Under the pieces are notes generated by a model. It was not told where the DNA came from. It saw only the letters and a program-made list of their open reading frames with translations, and did not search any database. Below, in pieces: positions 51,671-52,140 of a stretch of DNA of 52,140 nucleotides. How positions within the stretch are numbered: the first letter of the stretch is position 1; the number at the start of each line of letters is the position of its first letter. Position numbers and translations under genes: made by a program. The stretch spans positions 1 to 52,140 of the forward strand of contig JAHZJL010000020.1 in NCBI GenBank assembly GCA_022600935.1, written 5' to 3'. The DNA comes from Gammaproteobacteria bacterium (lineage in GTDB: Bacteria; Pseudomonadota; Gammaproteobacteria; Methylococcales; DRLZ01).

Positions 51671-52092
51671 CTGTTTTTATAAATCCACATGATCACCTAT
51701 TGTAATTAACATCTATTGTTTATCACAAGATGCGCAATCAACATAAAATTGATTTTTTCAAAGCCTGATTCGATTTCCACAAATAAAAAACGATTGGAGC
51801 CCAGTATTAAGTTTCAATTCCTCTATTTGGAGAATTCTCATATTAGAACAGTCAACTTGCTAAATATGCTAAAAGTTGTAATTCTTCATAAAAAGACATC
51901 ATTACACAAATAACCTCAACTGGCACAATAAAGTACTCAATAAATTCTGAAAAAACCCTGTAAATTTGAATTTTCCAGAATATTTGCCCAGTATTTCCTC
52001 ATAAAGAAGACTACAGACATCATAAATTAAATCAAATACATTCACTTCATTGCCTTTTGTACCATGTGCTTGTAATGTTGATAAAAAAGAAC

Positions 52093-52140
52093 TAAACAAC
52101 CACCAGCTAAAAGCTGGTGGGTTTAAGTTTCGGACTGAAA
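52093..52140. mobile_element. Probable end of an IS200/IS605-family element, truncated by the window edge
   Basis: Perfect subterminal hairpin CCACCAGCT-AAA-AGCTGGTGG followed by the first arm of a second hairpin (GGACTGAAA). Confidence 0.55.

Noticed and set aside
1-52140. CRISPR array, prophage, defence island, and the many antisense or overlapping ORFs in the track
   Set aside because: No regularly spaced repeats or cas, phage or integrase genes were seen. The shadow ORFs lie within well-supported genes and lack motifs.

Overview
This is a 52 kb chromosomal segment of a gammaproteobacterium; protein style and gene order suggest Methylococcales or a relative (inference). It is mostly housekeeping. 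The core blocks are tRNA-Tyr, pth-rplY-prs-tRNA-Gln-ispE-lolB-TPR, hemA-prfA-prmC-JAB, nadE, a SAM-cycle cluster (metK, SAH riboswitch, ahcY, metF, bioA, rsmE), yggS/pilT/pilU, dsbB, priA, cinA, ubiK-comM-tag and rep. The unusual parts are: (1) an operon of two paralogous DUF2298/YYY-type GT-C-like membrane proteins coupled to gtrA and gtrB, with a divergent GT4; (2) a gene-free ~390 nt stretch between metK and rsd made of about ten back-to-back hairpins, flanked by 9-bp direct repeats, which is a candidate novel large structured RNA or element; (3) an rsd gene interrupted by an in-frame TAG; (4) a three-DnaA-box DARS-like core upstream of priA; (5) an AT-rich signalling island (REC protein, PAS hybrid kinase with HPt, LuxO-like activator with GAFSGA) carrying a sigma54 promoter and a LuxO-type operator; (6) a probable IS200/IS605 end at the right edge. 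No CRISPR array, rRNA or prophage was seen. All calls come from reading motifs by eye; no database searches were run.
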